Shown: one piece after another, positions 48,973-57,297 of the stretch | Position numbering within the stretch: the stretch's first letter is position 1 | Layout: each line of letters opens with the position of its first letter | Assembly (NCBI GenBank): GCA_043826355.1 | Contig: JBDRQI010000003.1 | Span: 18,157 to 82,156 of the forward strand | Source: Candidatus Omnitrophota bacterium | GTDB taxonomy: Bacteria; Ratteibacteria; UBA8468; MWAK01 | Reading direction: 5' to 3' | DNA length: 64,000 nt | Program-made: the position numbers and the translations under genes | The notes under the pieces: model-generated | What the model was told of the DNA's origin: nothing | The model's input: only the letters and a program-made list of their open reading frames with translations | The model's database searches: none

Positions 48973-50493
48973 ATGGGACGTTTAATTAGAATTTTTGATA
49001 CCACTTTACGGGATGGCGAGCAATCGCCGGGTGCAAGTCTCACCGTAGCAGACAAAATACGCATCGCCCGGCAGCTGGAACACCTCGGCGTTGACGTTAT
49101 TGAAGCCGGTTTTCCCATCTCTTCGCCGGGTGATTTCCAGTCAGTGCGGGAAGTGGGAAAGATAATTAAAAAATGCCAGGTGGCTGCGCTGGCGCGCGCC
49201 TTGCCGCAGGACATTGACGCCGGACTTAAAGCCCTGGAAACTGCGGTCAAACCCAGACTTCACGTTTTTCTGGCCACTTCCAAAATTCACCGTCAGTATA
49301 AATTAGGCAAAGCCAAGTCAGAAATTTTACGAATTGCCGTGGAAGCGGTCAGCCGCGCCCGAAAAGGTATTGCGGATGTGGAATTTTCTCCGGAAGACGC
49401 CACCCGCACCGAACCGGAATTCCTCCTGGAAGTTGCCGAAGCGGCGGCGGAAGCCGGCGCCGGAACCATCAACATACCGGATACCGTCGGTTACACGGTT
49501 CCGGAAGAATTCGGAAAATTAATCGTTTTCCTGCGCAGCCGTCTTGACAAAAAAATTCGGATAAGCGTTCATTGCCACAATGACCTTGGTCTGGCGGTCG
49601 CCAACAGTTTAGCGGCCCTGGCCGCCGGCGCCGATCAGGTTGAAGTGGCCGTCAACGGCATTGGCGAACGGGCCGGCAACGCCTCGCTGGAAGAGGTTGC
49701 GGTCGGTCTTCACGTCCGGCGCGATTCCTGGAAATTGAAGATTAACATCAACCTCGCGGAAATTTACCGCACCAGTCGGCTGGTCAGTAACCTGACCGGC
49801 CTAATCGTCCAGCGAAACAAGGCGGTTGTCGGTGAAAACGCGTTTGCCCACGAGGCCGGCATCCACCAGGATGGAATCCTGAAAGACCGCCGGACCTATG
49901 AAATAATAGAACCGGCGCTAATCGGCGTCCCGGAAAGCGTGCTGGTTTTAGGCAAACATTCCGGACGGCACGCCCTGGCAAACCGGTTGCTCCGGCTCGG
50001 TTACCGGCTCAAAGATACCGAATTGCAAAAGATATTTATTCGCTTCAAGGAATTGGCGGATAAGAAGAAGGAGGTTAACGACCAGGACCTGGTAGCGCTG
50101 ATGGAAGAGGTCCTGATGCCTCTAACCGAAGTATATACCCTGGATTATCTTTCCACTGCGTCCGGAACCAATACCGTTCCTATGGCCACGGTCCGTCTGA
50201 AAAAAGGCAAGGAAATTCTACAGGCGGTTTCCTCCGGCGACGGACCGGTGGATGCCGCCTGTCATGCGGTCGACCAGTTGACCGGTATTTCGGCGCGGCT
50301 GACCGATTACCGCATTACCGCGGTGACCGGAGGCAAAGATGCGCTCGGAGAGGCTTCCCTGAAGATTGTTATTGATGACCGGGAAATACCGGGCCGGGCG
50401 GTAAGCACCGACATCATTGAAGCCAGCGTCAAGGCATACCTGAATGCGGTTAACCGACACCTTCAAAACAAGCGCATTAGCGCCAAACAGTAG
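48973..50493 (+). CDS. leuA: 2-isopropylmalate synthase
   Basis: DTTLRDGEQ, HCHNDLG, GERAGN, HEAGIHQDG and GPVDA motifs. Confidence 0.97.
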   Translation: MGRLIRIFDTTLRDGEQSPGASLTVADKIRIARQLEHLGVDVIEAGFPISSPGDFQSVREVGKIIKKCQVAALARALPQDIDAGLKALETAVKPRLHVFLATSKIHRQYKLGKAKSEILRIAVEAVSRARKGIADVEFSPEDATRTEPEFLLEVAEAAAEAGAGTINIPDTVGYTVPEEFGKLIVFLRSRLDKKIRISVHCHNDLGLAVANSLAALAAGADQVEVAVNGIGERAGNASLEEVAVGLHVRRDSWKLKININLAEIYRTSRLVSNLTGLIVQRNKAVVGENAFAHEAGIHQDGILKDRRTYEIIEPALIGVPESVLVLGKHSGRHALANRLLRLGYRLKDTELQKIFIRFKELADKKKEVNDQDLVALMEEVLMPLTEVYTLDYLSTASGTNTVPMATVRLKKGKEILQAVSSGDGPVDAACHAVDQLTGISARLTDYRITAVTGGKDALGEASLKIVIDDREIPGRAVSTDIIEASVKAYLNAVNRHLQNKRISAKQ

Positions 50494-50542
50494 GATAGGC
50501 GTCCTCATTCGCTAAAATTTCGGCGGACAAGTCTCGCCTGTC
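50490..50542 (+). repeat. GTAG-type REP with a 30-bp element nested in it
   Basis: gtaggataggc[gtcctcattcgctaaaatttcggcggacaa]gtctcgcctgtc; the GTAG supplies the leuA stop codon. Confidence 0.6.
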
Positions 50543-50637
50543 AAAATGCACGGGAGGGGCTATGTCCGCCTCCCGCGGGCTGAGTTTCACCAAGTCCGCC
50601 TCTGGCGGGTGGGGATTTAAATCCCGCTTCTACAAAT

Positions 50638-51903
50638 ATGACACTTACCGAAAAAATTCTGGCAAAAAAAGCGGGGCGCTTGGAACTCAAACCGGGCGAA
50701 TTCGTATTGGTTGACGTTGACCTGGGTTTCGCCAACGACCTGACCGGACCGCCGGCCATCAAGGAATTTGAGAAGTATGGAAACAAGGTATTTGCTCCGG
50801 AAAAAGTAGCTCTGATTCCGGACCATTTTACTCCCTGCAAAGATATTGACAGCGCCGGTCTGGTCAGGATACTGCGCGAATTCAGCCTTAAACAGAATAT
50901 CAGCCGGTTTTACGAAATCGGCCGGATGGGCGTAGAACACGCGCTCCTGCCGGAAGAAGGGCTGATTCTGCCCGGAACAATAGTCATCGGCGCGGACAGC
51001 CATACCTGCACCCACGGTGCGCTCGGCGCCTTCGCCACCGGCGTTGGAAGCACCGACCTGGCTTTCTTTCTCCTGACCGGTAAGGCCTGGTTCCGGGTTC
51101 CGGAAACGATTGCCGTGGAATTTTCCGGAAAATTACCGGAATGGGTCGGCGGTAAAGATTTAATCCTTTATCTTATTTCCAAAACCGGGGTGGACGGCGC
51201 TCGTTATAAAGCTTTTGAATTTATCGGTCCGGTCATTTCCCGTCTTCCGGTTGATGACCGCTTCTCCATGTGCAACATGGCAATTGAAGCCGGTGCTAAA
51301 AACGGCATCATCGCGCCGGACAGCATAACCCTGGATTACTTGCGCCAGGTAAATCCGGTCTGGGTTAACAGCCACTCCGATTTTACGCTGAGCCCGGACT
51401 CCGGAGCCGTCTATTCGAAAAAAATAGAAATAGATGTTTCCAAACTGGAACCGTTTGTGGCTGCGCCTGATCTGCCTTCAAACGGTTACCCCGTTTCCCA
51501 ACTTTCCGGCGTCAAGCTTGACCAGGTTCTAATCGGCTCCTGCACCAACGGAAGAATTTCGGACTTAAAGATAGCGGCCGGAATACTGAAAGGAAAGAAG
51601 GTGTCAAAAGACCTGCGTCTGATTGTCATTCCGGCCACTCAAAAAATCTGGCAGGAAGCCTTGGACCAGGGTTACCTGAACACGTTTGTTAAGTGCGGCG
51701 CAGCAGTGAGTACGCCAACCTGCGGACCGTGCCTGGGCGGACACATGGGCGTACTGGCCGAAGGAGAAGTGGCGCTTTCAACCACCAACCGCAACTTTGT
51801 CGGCCGGATGGGGCATCCCGGAAGCAAGGTCTATCTTTCTTCGGCGTCCGTAGCAGCCGCCAGTGCCCTAACCGGCCGGATTACCCATCCCTCCGAAGTG
51901 TAA
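50638..51903 (+). CDS. leuC: 3-isopropylmalate dehydratase large subunit
   Basis: GADSHTCT, CNMAIE, IGSCTNGR, CGPCLG and NRNF.GRMG motifs. Confidence 0.96.
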   Translation: MTLTEKILAKKAGRLELKPGEFVLVDVDLGFANDLTGPPAIKEFEKYGNKVFAPEKVALIPDHFTPCKDIDSAGLVRILREFSLKQNISRFYEIGRMGVEHALLPEEGLILPGTIVIGADSHTCTHGALGAFATGVGSTDLAFFLLTGKAWFRVPETIAVEFSGKLPEWVGGKDLILYLISKTGVDGARYKAFEFIGPVISRLPVDDRFSMCNMAIEAGAKNGIIAPDSITLDYLRQVNPVWVNSHSDFTLSPDSGAVYSKKIEIDVSKLEPFVAAPDLPSNGYPVSQLSGVKLDQVLIGSCTNGRISDLKIAAGILKGKKVSKDLRLIVIPATQKIWQEALDQGYLNTFVKCGAAVSTPTCGPCLGGHMGVLAEGEVALSTTNRNFVGRMGHPGSKVYLSSASVAAASALTGRITHPSEV

Positions 51904-51912
51904 TGCGCCAGC

Positions 51913-51994
51913 GTAGTGCGACCCTTTCAGGGTCGCTTTGTTAGAACAGGCGTTTTGTATGTAAAAATGCAGGGGAGGGGCTATGTCCCCTCCC
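51913..51994. repeat. REP-like hairpins between leuC and leuD
   Basis: gtagtgcgaccctttcagggtcgc and gggagggg-ctatgt-cccctccc. Confidence 0.6.
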
Positions 51995-52002
51995 AAAAAA
52001 TT

Positions 52003-52506
52003 ATGAAATTACAAGGCAAAACCTGGAAATTCGGTGACAATATCAACACCGACCTGATTATTCCGGCACGGTACATGACCGCTTACGAAGCCGCGGAACT
52101 CGGCAAACACTGTATGGAGGATGCCGACCCGGAATTTTCAAGAAAAATAGCGCCCGGAGATATTGTCGTCGCCGGAGAAAATTTCGGCTGCGGTAGCAGC
52201 CGGGAGCATGCGGTCCTGGCTTTGAAAGGCGCCGGCATCTCCGCAATAATCGCGAAATCATTTGCGCGCATCTTCTTCCGCAACGCCATTAATACCGGAC
52301 TGCCGATTATCGAATCACCGGAAGCCGCGTCCGCGATTAAAGAAGGAACTGAAATCATAATTGACCTGACTGCCGGACAGATTGAAGACCGAAGCGAAAA
52401 CCAACATTTTACAATCAAAGAATTTCCGGAATTCTTAACCGAAATCGTGGAAAACGGAGGACTTTTAAAATGGGCGACCAGAAAAAAAAAGGAACCTACA
52501 AAATAG
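52003..52506 (+). CDS. leuD: 3-isopropylmalate dehydratase small subunit
   Basis: INTDLIIP, NFGCGSSREHA and SFARIFFRN motifs; start taken at ATG 52003. Confidence 0.96.
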   Translation: MKLQGKTWKFGDNINTDLIIPARYMTAYEAAELGKHCMEDADPEFSRKIAPGDIVVAGENFGCGSSREHAVLALKGAGISAIIAKSFARIFFRNAINTGLPIIESPEAASAIKEGTEIIIDLTAGQIEDRSENQHFTIKEFPEFLTEIVENGGLLKWATRKKKEPTK

Positions 52507-53552
52507 GCGTCATACCCGGAGACGGAGTAGGGCCGGAGATAATTCGGGAAGGATTAAAAGTTTTGGAAGCGGTCAGACAAAAATTCTCCCTTAAATTTGA
52601 ATTGGTCAATTACGACTTTGGCGGAGAACGCTATCTGAAGACCGGCGAAATTCTGCCGGACAGCGCGCTTGAGGAGTTTCGGAAACTGGACGCTATCTAC
52701 CTGGGAGCGGTTGGCCACCCGGACGTAAAGCCCGGCATCCTGGAACACGGTCTGCTTTTGAAACTGCGTTTTACGCTTGACCAGTACATAAACCTGAGGC
52801 CGGTCAAACTCTATCCCGGAGTCTGGACGCCTATCAAAGATAAAGGCCCGGAACAGATAGACTACGTCGTAGTGCGTGAAAATACCGAAGGCGCCTACAC
52901 CGGAATGGGCGGTTGTTTCAAAAAAGGGACGCCGGATGAGATTGCGGTCCAGGAAGACGTCAACACCCGTAAAGGTGTGGAACGTTGCATCCGTTACGCC
53001 TACAAGGTCTGCCGGCGCCGTAACCGGATGAAAAAAATAACCTGCTGCGATAAAGCCAACGTCCTGACTTACGCCGGAGACCTCTGGCGCCGGACCTTTG
53101 TTGACGTGGGCCGGGAATTTCCTGGCATCAAACAGGATTATGCTTTTGTGGACGCCACCACGATGTGGATGATTAAAAATCCGGAATGGTTTGACGTAAT
53201 CGTCACCAGCAATATGTTCGGGGACATCATCACCGACCTGGCCGCGGTAACCCAGGGCGGCCTGGGAATCGCCGCCGGCGGGAACATCAACCCGGAAGGT
53301 GTCTCAATGTTTGAACCGATTCACGGTTCCGCTCCCAAATACACCGGCCAGAACGTCATCTGCCCGGTAGCCACCATCGCGGCCGGCGGAATGATGCTTG
53401 ATACGCTGGGAGAAACAGAGGCTGCTGTTGCCATTGAAGCCGCAGTTGCAAAAGCCACCGGCGAAGGACACATCAAAAGCCTGGAAGCTAAAAAAATGGG
53501 AATGTCCACTTCGGAAGCCGGCGACCTTCTGGCCCGTTTCATCTCCGAATAG
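52470..53552 (+). CDS. leuB: 3-isopropylmalate dehydrogenase
   Basis: [27 protein letters not shown] and FEPIHGSAP motifs; last gene of the leu operon. Confidence 0.92.
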   Translation: MGDQKKKGTYKIGVIPGDGVGPEIIREGLKVLEAVRQKFSLKFELVNYDFGGERYLKTGEILPDSALEEFRKLDAIYLGAVGHPDVKPGILEHGLLLKLRFTLDQYINLRPVKLYPGVWTPIKDKGPEQIDYVVVRENTEGAYTGMGGCFKKGTPDEIAVQEDVNTRKGVERCIRYAYKVCRRRNRMKKITCCDKANVLTYAGDLWRRTFVDVGREFPGIKQDYAFVDATTMWMIKNPEWFDVIVTSNMFGDIITDLAAVTQGGLGIAAGGNINPEGVSMFEPIHGSAPKYTGQNVICPVATIAAGGMMLDTLGETEAAVAIEAAVAKATGEGHIKSLEAKKMGMSTSEAGDLLARFISE

Positions 53553-53558
53553 TTCCGG

Positions 53559-53654
53559 TGTCATTCCCGCATGTTTTAAGCGGAAATCCAAAGTGTCATT
53601 GCGAACGTAGCGTCGGCCACCAAATCTCGCCGGTTTTCAGACGGGCGGCAATCC
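53559..53654. repeat. Two adjacent RPE-like palindromic units
   Basis: tgtcattcccgc-atgttttaa-gcggaaatcca followed by tgtcattgcgaacg...gcggcaatcc. Confidence 0.55.
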
Positions 53655-53729
53655 AATCTTTGTAACTTACGCTTCGCGTAATGCGACTTTTTCAGGAGTG
53701 GGGGAGGAACTCCGCCTGGGTTTTGTTTT

Positions 53730-53803
53730 TGGGAGATCGTCTAATGGTAGGACAACAGACTCTGAATCTGTTTATGGTGGTTCGAATCCACCTCTCCCAG
53801 CCA
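53730..53803 (+). tRNA. tRNA-Gln(CTG)
   Basis: TGGGAGA/TCTCCCA acceptor stem, anticodon arm acaga-ctCTGaa-tctgt, GGTTCGAATCC T-arm, encoded CCA. Confidence 0.97.
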
Positions 53804-53983
53804 GGTTGTACGAATAGCTTCTAGATCCTCATTTTTCCCTTGTCCTGCCTGCGTTTCCGCCAGTTCGAACTTCAGAAGTTTTCCCACAGAAAGAATATAC
53901 ATTTGCAGCGGGTTGCAGCCGCGAATTGGCCTCTATGTCTCGGTAGTGTTAAAAAACATCGCTCAGTAATAAATAGTAACGAC

Positions 53984-54012
53984 TTGACAAATAATAATTA
54001 TTATTAGATAAT
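53984..54012 (+). promoter_or_regulatory. Promoter with an overlapping Fur/PerR-type palindrome
   Basis: TTGACA-17 bp-GATAAT; spacer holds the perfect palindrome AATAATAATTATTATT (53990-54005). Confidence 0.7.
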
Positions 54013-54019
54013 ATACGAT

Positions 54020-54463
54020 ATGAAAAAAATTGACATCCACCAGGCAATGAGTTTTTTTGAGGATAAGTGCCGAAGTTACGGTCTCAGAATTACACCTCAG
54101 CGCACCCTTATATACAAAGAACTTCTTAAGGCAACGGACCACCCTTCTGTAGATACTGTAATGGTAAAAGTAAGAAAGGTTATGCCCAACGTTTCTTTTG
54201 ATACCGTTTATAGAACCGTCCTCTCTTTTGCTAAAATCGGGATTGTTAATATGGTCGGAGGCTATGGCGGAGCAAGGCGTTTTGACCCGAACATCGGCGA
54301 ACACCATCATTTCAGGTGCACAAAGTGCGATCGGATAATAGATTTTTACAGCCCGAGTTTTGATGCCTTGAAAATTCCGGAGGATGTCAAAAGAAAATTC
54401 AATGTTTTGAACAAGAAAGTGCTGTTGGAAGGAATCTGCGAGAAGTGCGACAAGAAAAAATGA
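54020..54463 (+). CDS. Fur family regulator (PerR-like)
   Basis: GLRITPQR, DHPS, TVYR, HHHFRCTKC and GICEKC motifs. Confidence 0.93.
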   Translation: MKKIDIHQAMSFFEDKCRSYGLRITPQRTLIYKELLKATDHPSVDTVMVKVRKVMPNVSFDTVYRTVLSFAKIGIVNMVGGYGGARRFDPNIGEHHHFRCTKCDRIIDFYSPSFDALKIPEDVKRKFNVLNKKVLLEGICEKCDKKK

Positions 54464-54481
54464 TATTTTTTGCTAATTTAT

Positions 54482-54497
54482 AGTCATAATTATGATT
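54482..54497. promoter_or_regulatory. Second Fur/PerR-type palindrome upstream of the ferritin-like gene
   Basis: agTCATAATTATGAtt shares the ATAATTAT core with the box at 53990. Confidence 0.6.
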
Positions 54498-54604
54498 TAG
54501 TAACAATAACGGAAAGGGGGTGAATTATAGTTTACATTATTTAATCTTGGTTACAATTCAAAGAAGTTGATTTTCAGAGAAGTTGATTTACGAAGGAGGA
54601 AAAA

Positions 54605-55156
54605 ATGGCTAAGGTGGCGATTGATGTGGTGAAAAAAGCGGGTGTCGATGTTGACAAACTGCTGGAATTGCTGATAAAGAATGCTTCGGCCGAGCTCACA
54701 ACCTATTACTACTACACGATTCTGCGGGCGAACCTGATTGGACTGGAAGGCGAAGGTGTTAAGGAAATTGCCGAGACGGCGCGGATTGAAGACCGCAACC
54801 ACTTTGAGGCTTTGATGCCCCGCATCTACGAACTCGGCGGTAAACTTCCCGGAGACATGAAGGAATTTCACGATTTGTCTGCCTGTCCGCCGGCGGGTCT
54901 TCCGAAAAACCCCAATGACGTCAAGGCTTTGCTCGAAGTGCTCGTTAAAGCCGAGCGGTGTGCTGTTTACGGCTACACTAATATTTGCAACATGACAGCC
55001 GGCAAGGACCACCGGACGTATGACCTGGCTCTGGCGATTCTGAACGAAGAAATCGAGCATGAATCGTGGTTCTCCGAGTTTCTCGGTGAGGGACCCTCCG
55101 GACATTTTTTACGCCGCGGGGATACTTCTCCGTTTGTTTCAAAGTTCCTTAAGTAA
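54605..55156 (+). CDS. DPS-like (DpsL) ferritin-superfamily protein
   Basis: AELTTYYYY, EDRNH, SACPPA, AERCA and EEIEHE diiron and cysteine motifs. Confidence 0.9.
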   Translation: MAKVAIDVVKKAGVDVDKLLELLIKNASAELTTYYYYTILRANLIGLEGEGVKEIAETARIEDRNHFEALMPRIYELGGKLPGDMKEFHDLSACPPAGLPKNPNDVKALLEVLVKAERCAVYGYTNICNMTAGKDHRTYDLALAILNEEIEHESWFSEFLGEGPSGHFLRRGDTSPFVSKFLK

Positions 55157-55163
55157 GATTAGC

Positions 55164-55208
55164 AAAGCGGGCCATCCAAGAAAACCCGGGTGGCCCGCTT
55201 TATCTTTT
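55164..55208 (+). terminator. Rho-independent terminator
   Basis: aaagcgggcca...tggcccgcttt followed by atctttt. Confidence 0.65.
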
Positions 55209-55251
55209 ATGAAAGACAAGGAGTTTAAACTCGTGGTAAAATTAATCGCTT

Positions 55252-56064
55252 ATGATAAATTTAATTCAGAATTTTAATCCTATTATCCAGGCTTTATTTG
55301 CCGGAATCTTCACGTGGGCGTTCACCGCCGCTGGGGCGGCCACCGTCTTCCTTAACAGAGAACCCGGCAAAAAGATATCCGACGCCATGCTGGGTTTTGC
55401 GGGCGGGGTGATGATTGCGGCTAGTTTCTGGTCGTTGTTGGCCCCATCTATTGAAATGTCGCGCGACCATATTATTGCGCCCTGGATTCCCGCGGCAATA
55501 GGATTTCTGCTGGGAACTGTATTCCTGAGGTTGATTGACCGGATTCTGCCACACCTTCACCCTGGTTCTCCAATTTCAGAAGCAGAGGGGATAAAAACAT
55601 CTTTACCGCGCAGTACATTACTGGTCCTTGCGATAACCATGCACAACATCCCGGAGGGGTTGGCCATCGGCGTTGCTTTTGGCGCAGTCGCAGCGGGTTT
55701 TCCCGGAGCTACCTTAACGGGTGCCATCGCCTTGGCGGTGGGTATCGGTATTCAAAATTTCCCGGAAGGTTTTGCGGTATCCGTCCCCTTGAGGCGGGAC
55801 GGCATGGCGCGTTTAAAAAGTTTTTGGTACGGACAGTTATCGGCCGTGGTTGAACCGGTAGCCAGCGTTATTGGCGCAGCGGCTGTATTTATGGCAAAAC
55901 CGCTGCTACCTTATGCCCTGGCTTTTGCGGCCGGAGCGATGATTTTTGTGGTAATTGAAGAGGTTATTCCCGAATCTCAGCGCAACGGTAATACGGACCT
56001 GGCTACTGCCGGCACCATCGCGGGTTTTTTGGTAATGATGGTGCTCGATGTCGCGTTTAACTGA
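55252..56064 (+). CDS. ZIP family metal transporter (GufA/ZupT type)
   Basis: GFAGGVMIAAS, HNIPEG, IQNFPEG and FAAGAM...EEVIPE motifs. Confidence 0.95.
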   Translation: MINLIQNFNPIIQALFAGIFTWAFTAAGAATVFLNREPGKKISDAMLGFAGGVMIAASFWSLLAPSIEMSRDHIIAPWIPAAIGFLLGTVFLRLIDRILPHLHPGSPISEAEGIKTSLPRSTLLVLAITMHNIPEGLAIGVAFGAVAAGFPGATLTGAIALAVGIGIQNFPEGFAVSVPLRRDGMARLKSFWYGQLSAVVEPVASVIGAAAVFMAKPLLPYALAFAAGAMIFVVIEEVIPESQRNGNTDLATAGTIAGFLVMMVLDVAFN

Positions 56065-56100
56065 TACTCATAAAATTGACGAATAAAAAGAGAGGTACCG

Positions 56101-56518
56101 GTGAAACGTTTTCTTAATCGGCAGATAATTTTTGCTTTAACATTGGTTATGCTCTCATTGCTTTTTTATCTTCTGCTTTATTTTTAGAGACGTTCATCAC
56201 ATTTTCCTGTATCTTGTCGGTGACATCGCATTTTTGTTCCTGGATGTCCCGCTAGTAATGCTGGTGCTGCATCGTCTGCTCGCGTATAGAGAAAAACAGC
56301 TAATCCTGAAGAAACTAAATATGGTGATCGGAACTTTTTTTAATGAAGCGGGCACGAAACTAATAAAAAAATGTTTCCAGTTTGACCCGGATTTAACTAA
56401 TATTGGGCGCCGGCTTGCAATAACAAAAGATTAATCGGATAAAGAATTTATAAAGGCGCACAAAAACATCGAAGATTACGAAATCAATATAAACATCCGG
56501 AAAGACGATCTTGACGAA
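56101..56518 (+). pseudogene. Decayed membrane-protein gene
   Basis: SD GAGG plus GTG start; frameshift near 56180; in-frame TAA at 56432; interrupted at 56519 by a mobile element. Confidence 0.7.
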
Positions 56519-56656
56519 GTGAAGAACCCCGCCCACAGGGCGGGGCTTCTGAGCGGGTAGCCGCAGGCTTTAGCCTGCGCACCCTGAAGGGTGCGACTAC
56601 CACAACACGGCTACCATTCATCCCCGTCCACAGGCCGGGGCATTCTGGCATTTTCC
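56519..56656 (-). mobile_element. 138-bp non-autonomous IS200/IS605-type element carrying a REP doublet
   Basis: Minus strand reads TTTAC|ggaaaatgccagaat-hairpin...hairpin-ttcTTCAC; internal gtagccgcaggctttagcctgcgcaccctgaagggtgcgactac. Confidence 0.8.
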
Positions 56657-56855
56657 GTAAAATGAAGATACGTAAAGCAGGGAATCAGGCCAAAATATTT
56701 CTTTTTGATGGGTAAACGAAGGATGTCAGTTTACGCTATTTCACCAAATGCTTGCGTTTTCGCGGGAACGCGCTCCCGCGCAAAAAGTGGAACTGGTCTG
56801 CACTGCCCTGTCGGAAGCAGCCGCAGCGCTGCGAAAGTGACAAAAAAGACGGTGC

Positions 56856-56893
56856 AAGGTCCAGACACATACGAAAGGTCCAGACATATACGA
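56856..56893. repeat. 19-bp tandem direct repeat (possible operator)
   Basis: aaggtccagacacatacga aaggtccagacatatacga, one mismatch. Confidence 0.8.
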
Positions 56894-56916
56894 ATTGAAT
56901 TAAGGAAGATAATAAG

Positions 56917-57297
56917 ATGAAAACCGGCGGCGCGAAAATCTGGTATTTCCCAGACGGCTACCTTCCGGAAAAGACCGGCGAAGCGAATTTGGAGGCGTAT
57001 GAAGCATTGATGCTGCTTAACGTCAACGATGCTCCGGCCGAAGTAAGACTGGATTTCTACTTTGAAGACCGCCAGCCGGTGAAAGATATTCCGGTGAAGG
57101 TGGGGGCCGAACGGCGGGTAGTATGCCTGCAGTTGGACAAACCGGAATGCATCGGCGGCCTTCAGATTTCACCGCTAACCCAATATTCCATTCGTGTGCG
57201 TTCCAATCTTCCGATCGTCGCACAATTCGGACGGCTGGACACCACACAGACCAACCTGCCGTATTACTGCGCGTCCGGTTTATGGGAAGAACCATAA
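56917..57297 (+). CDS. Sensory rhodopsin transducer (ASRT) family protein
   Basis: W.FPDGYLP, LLNVND..A, YFEDR.P and S..PIVAQ..RLDT motifs. Confidence 0.8.
   Translation: MKTGGAKIWYFPDGYLPEKTGEANLEAYEALMLLNVNDAPAEVRLDFYFEDRQPVKDIPVKVGAERRVVCLQLDKPECIGGLQISPLTQYSIRVRSNLPIVAQFGRLDTTQTNLPYYCASGLWEEP

Noticed and set aside
57123..57281. Long N-terminal extension of the GH127-like ORF (also the extended starts listed for tilS, mutM, ispD, rpsR, queC and leuD)
   Set aside because: The extensions overlap upstream genes or repeats; downstream ATGs fit the family N-termini or translational coupling better
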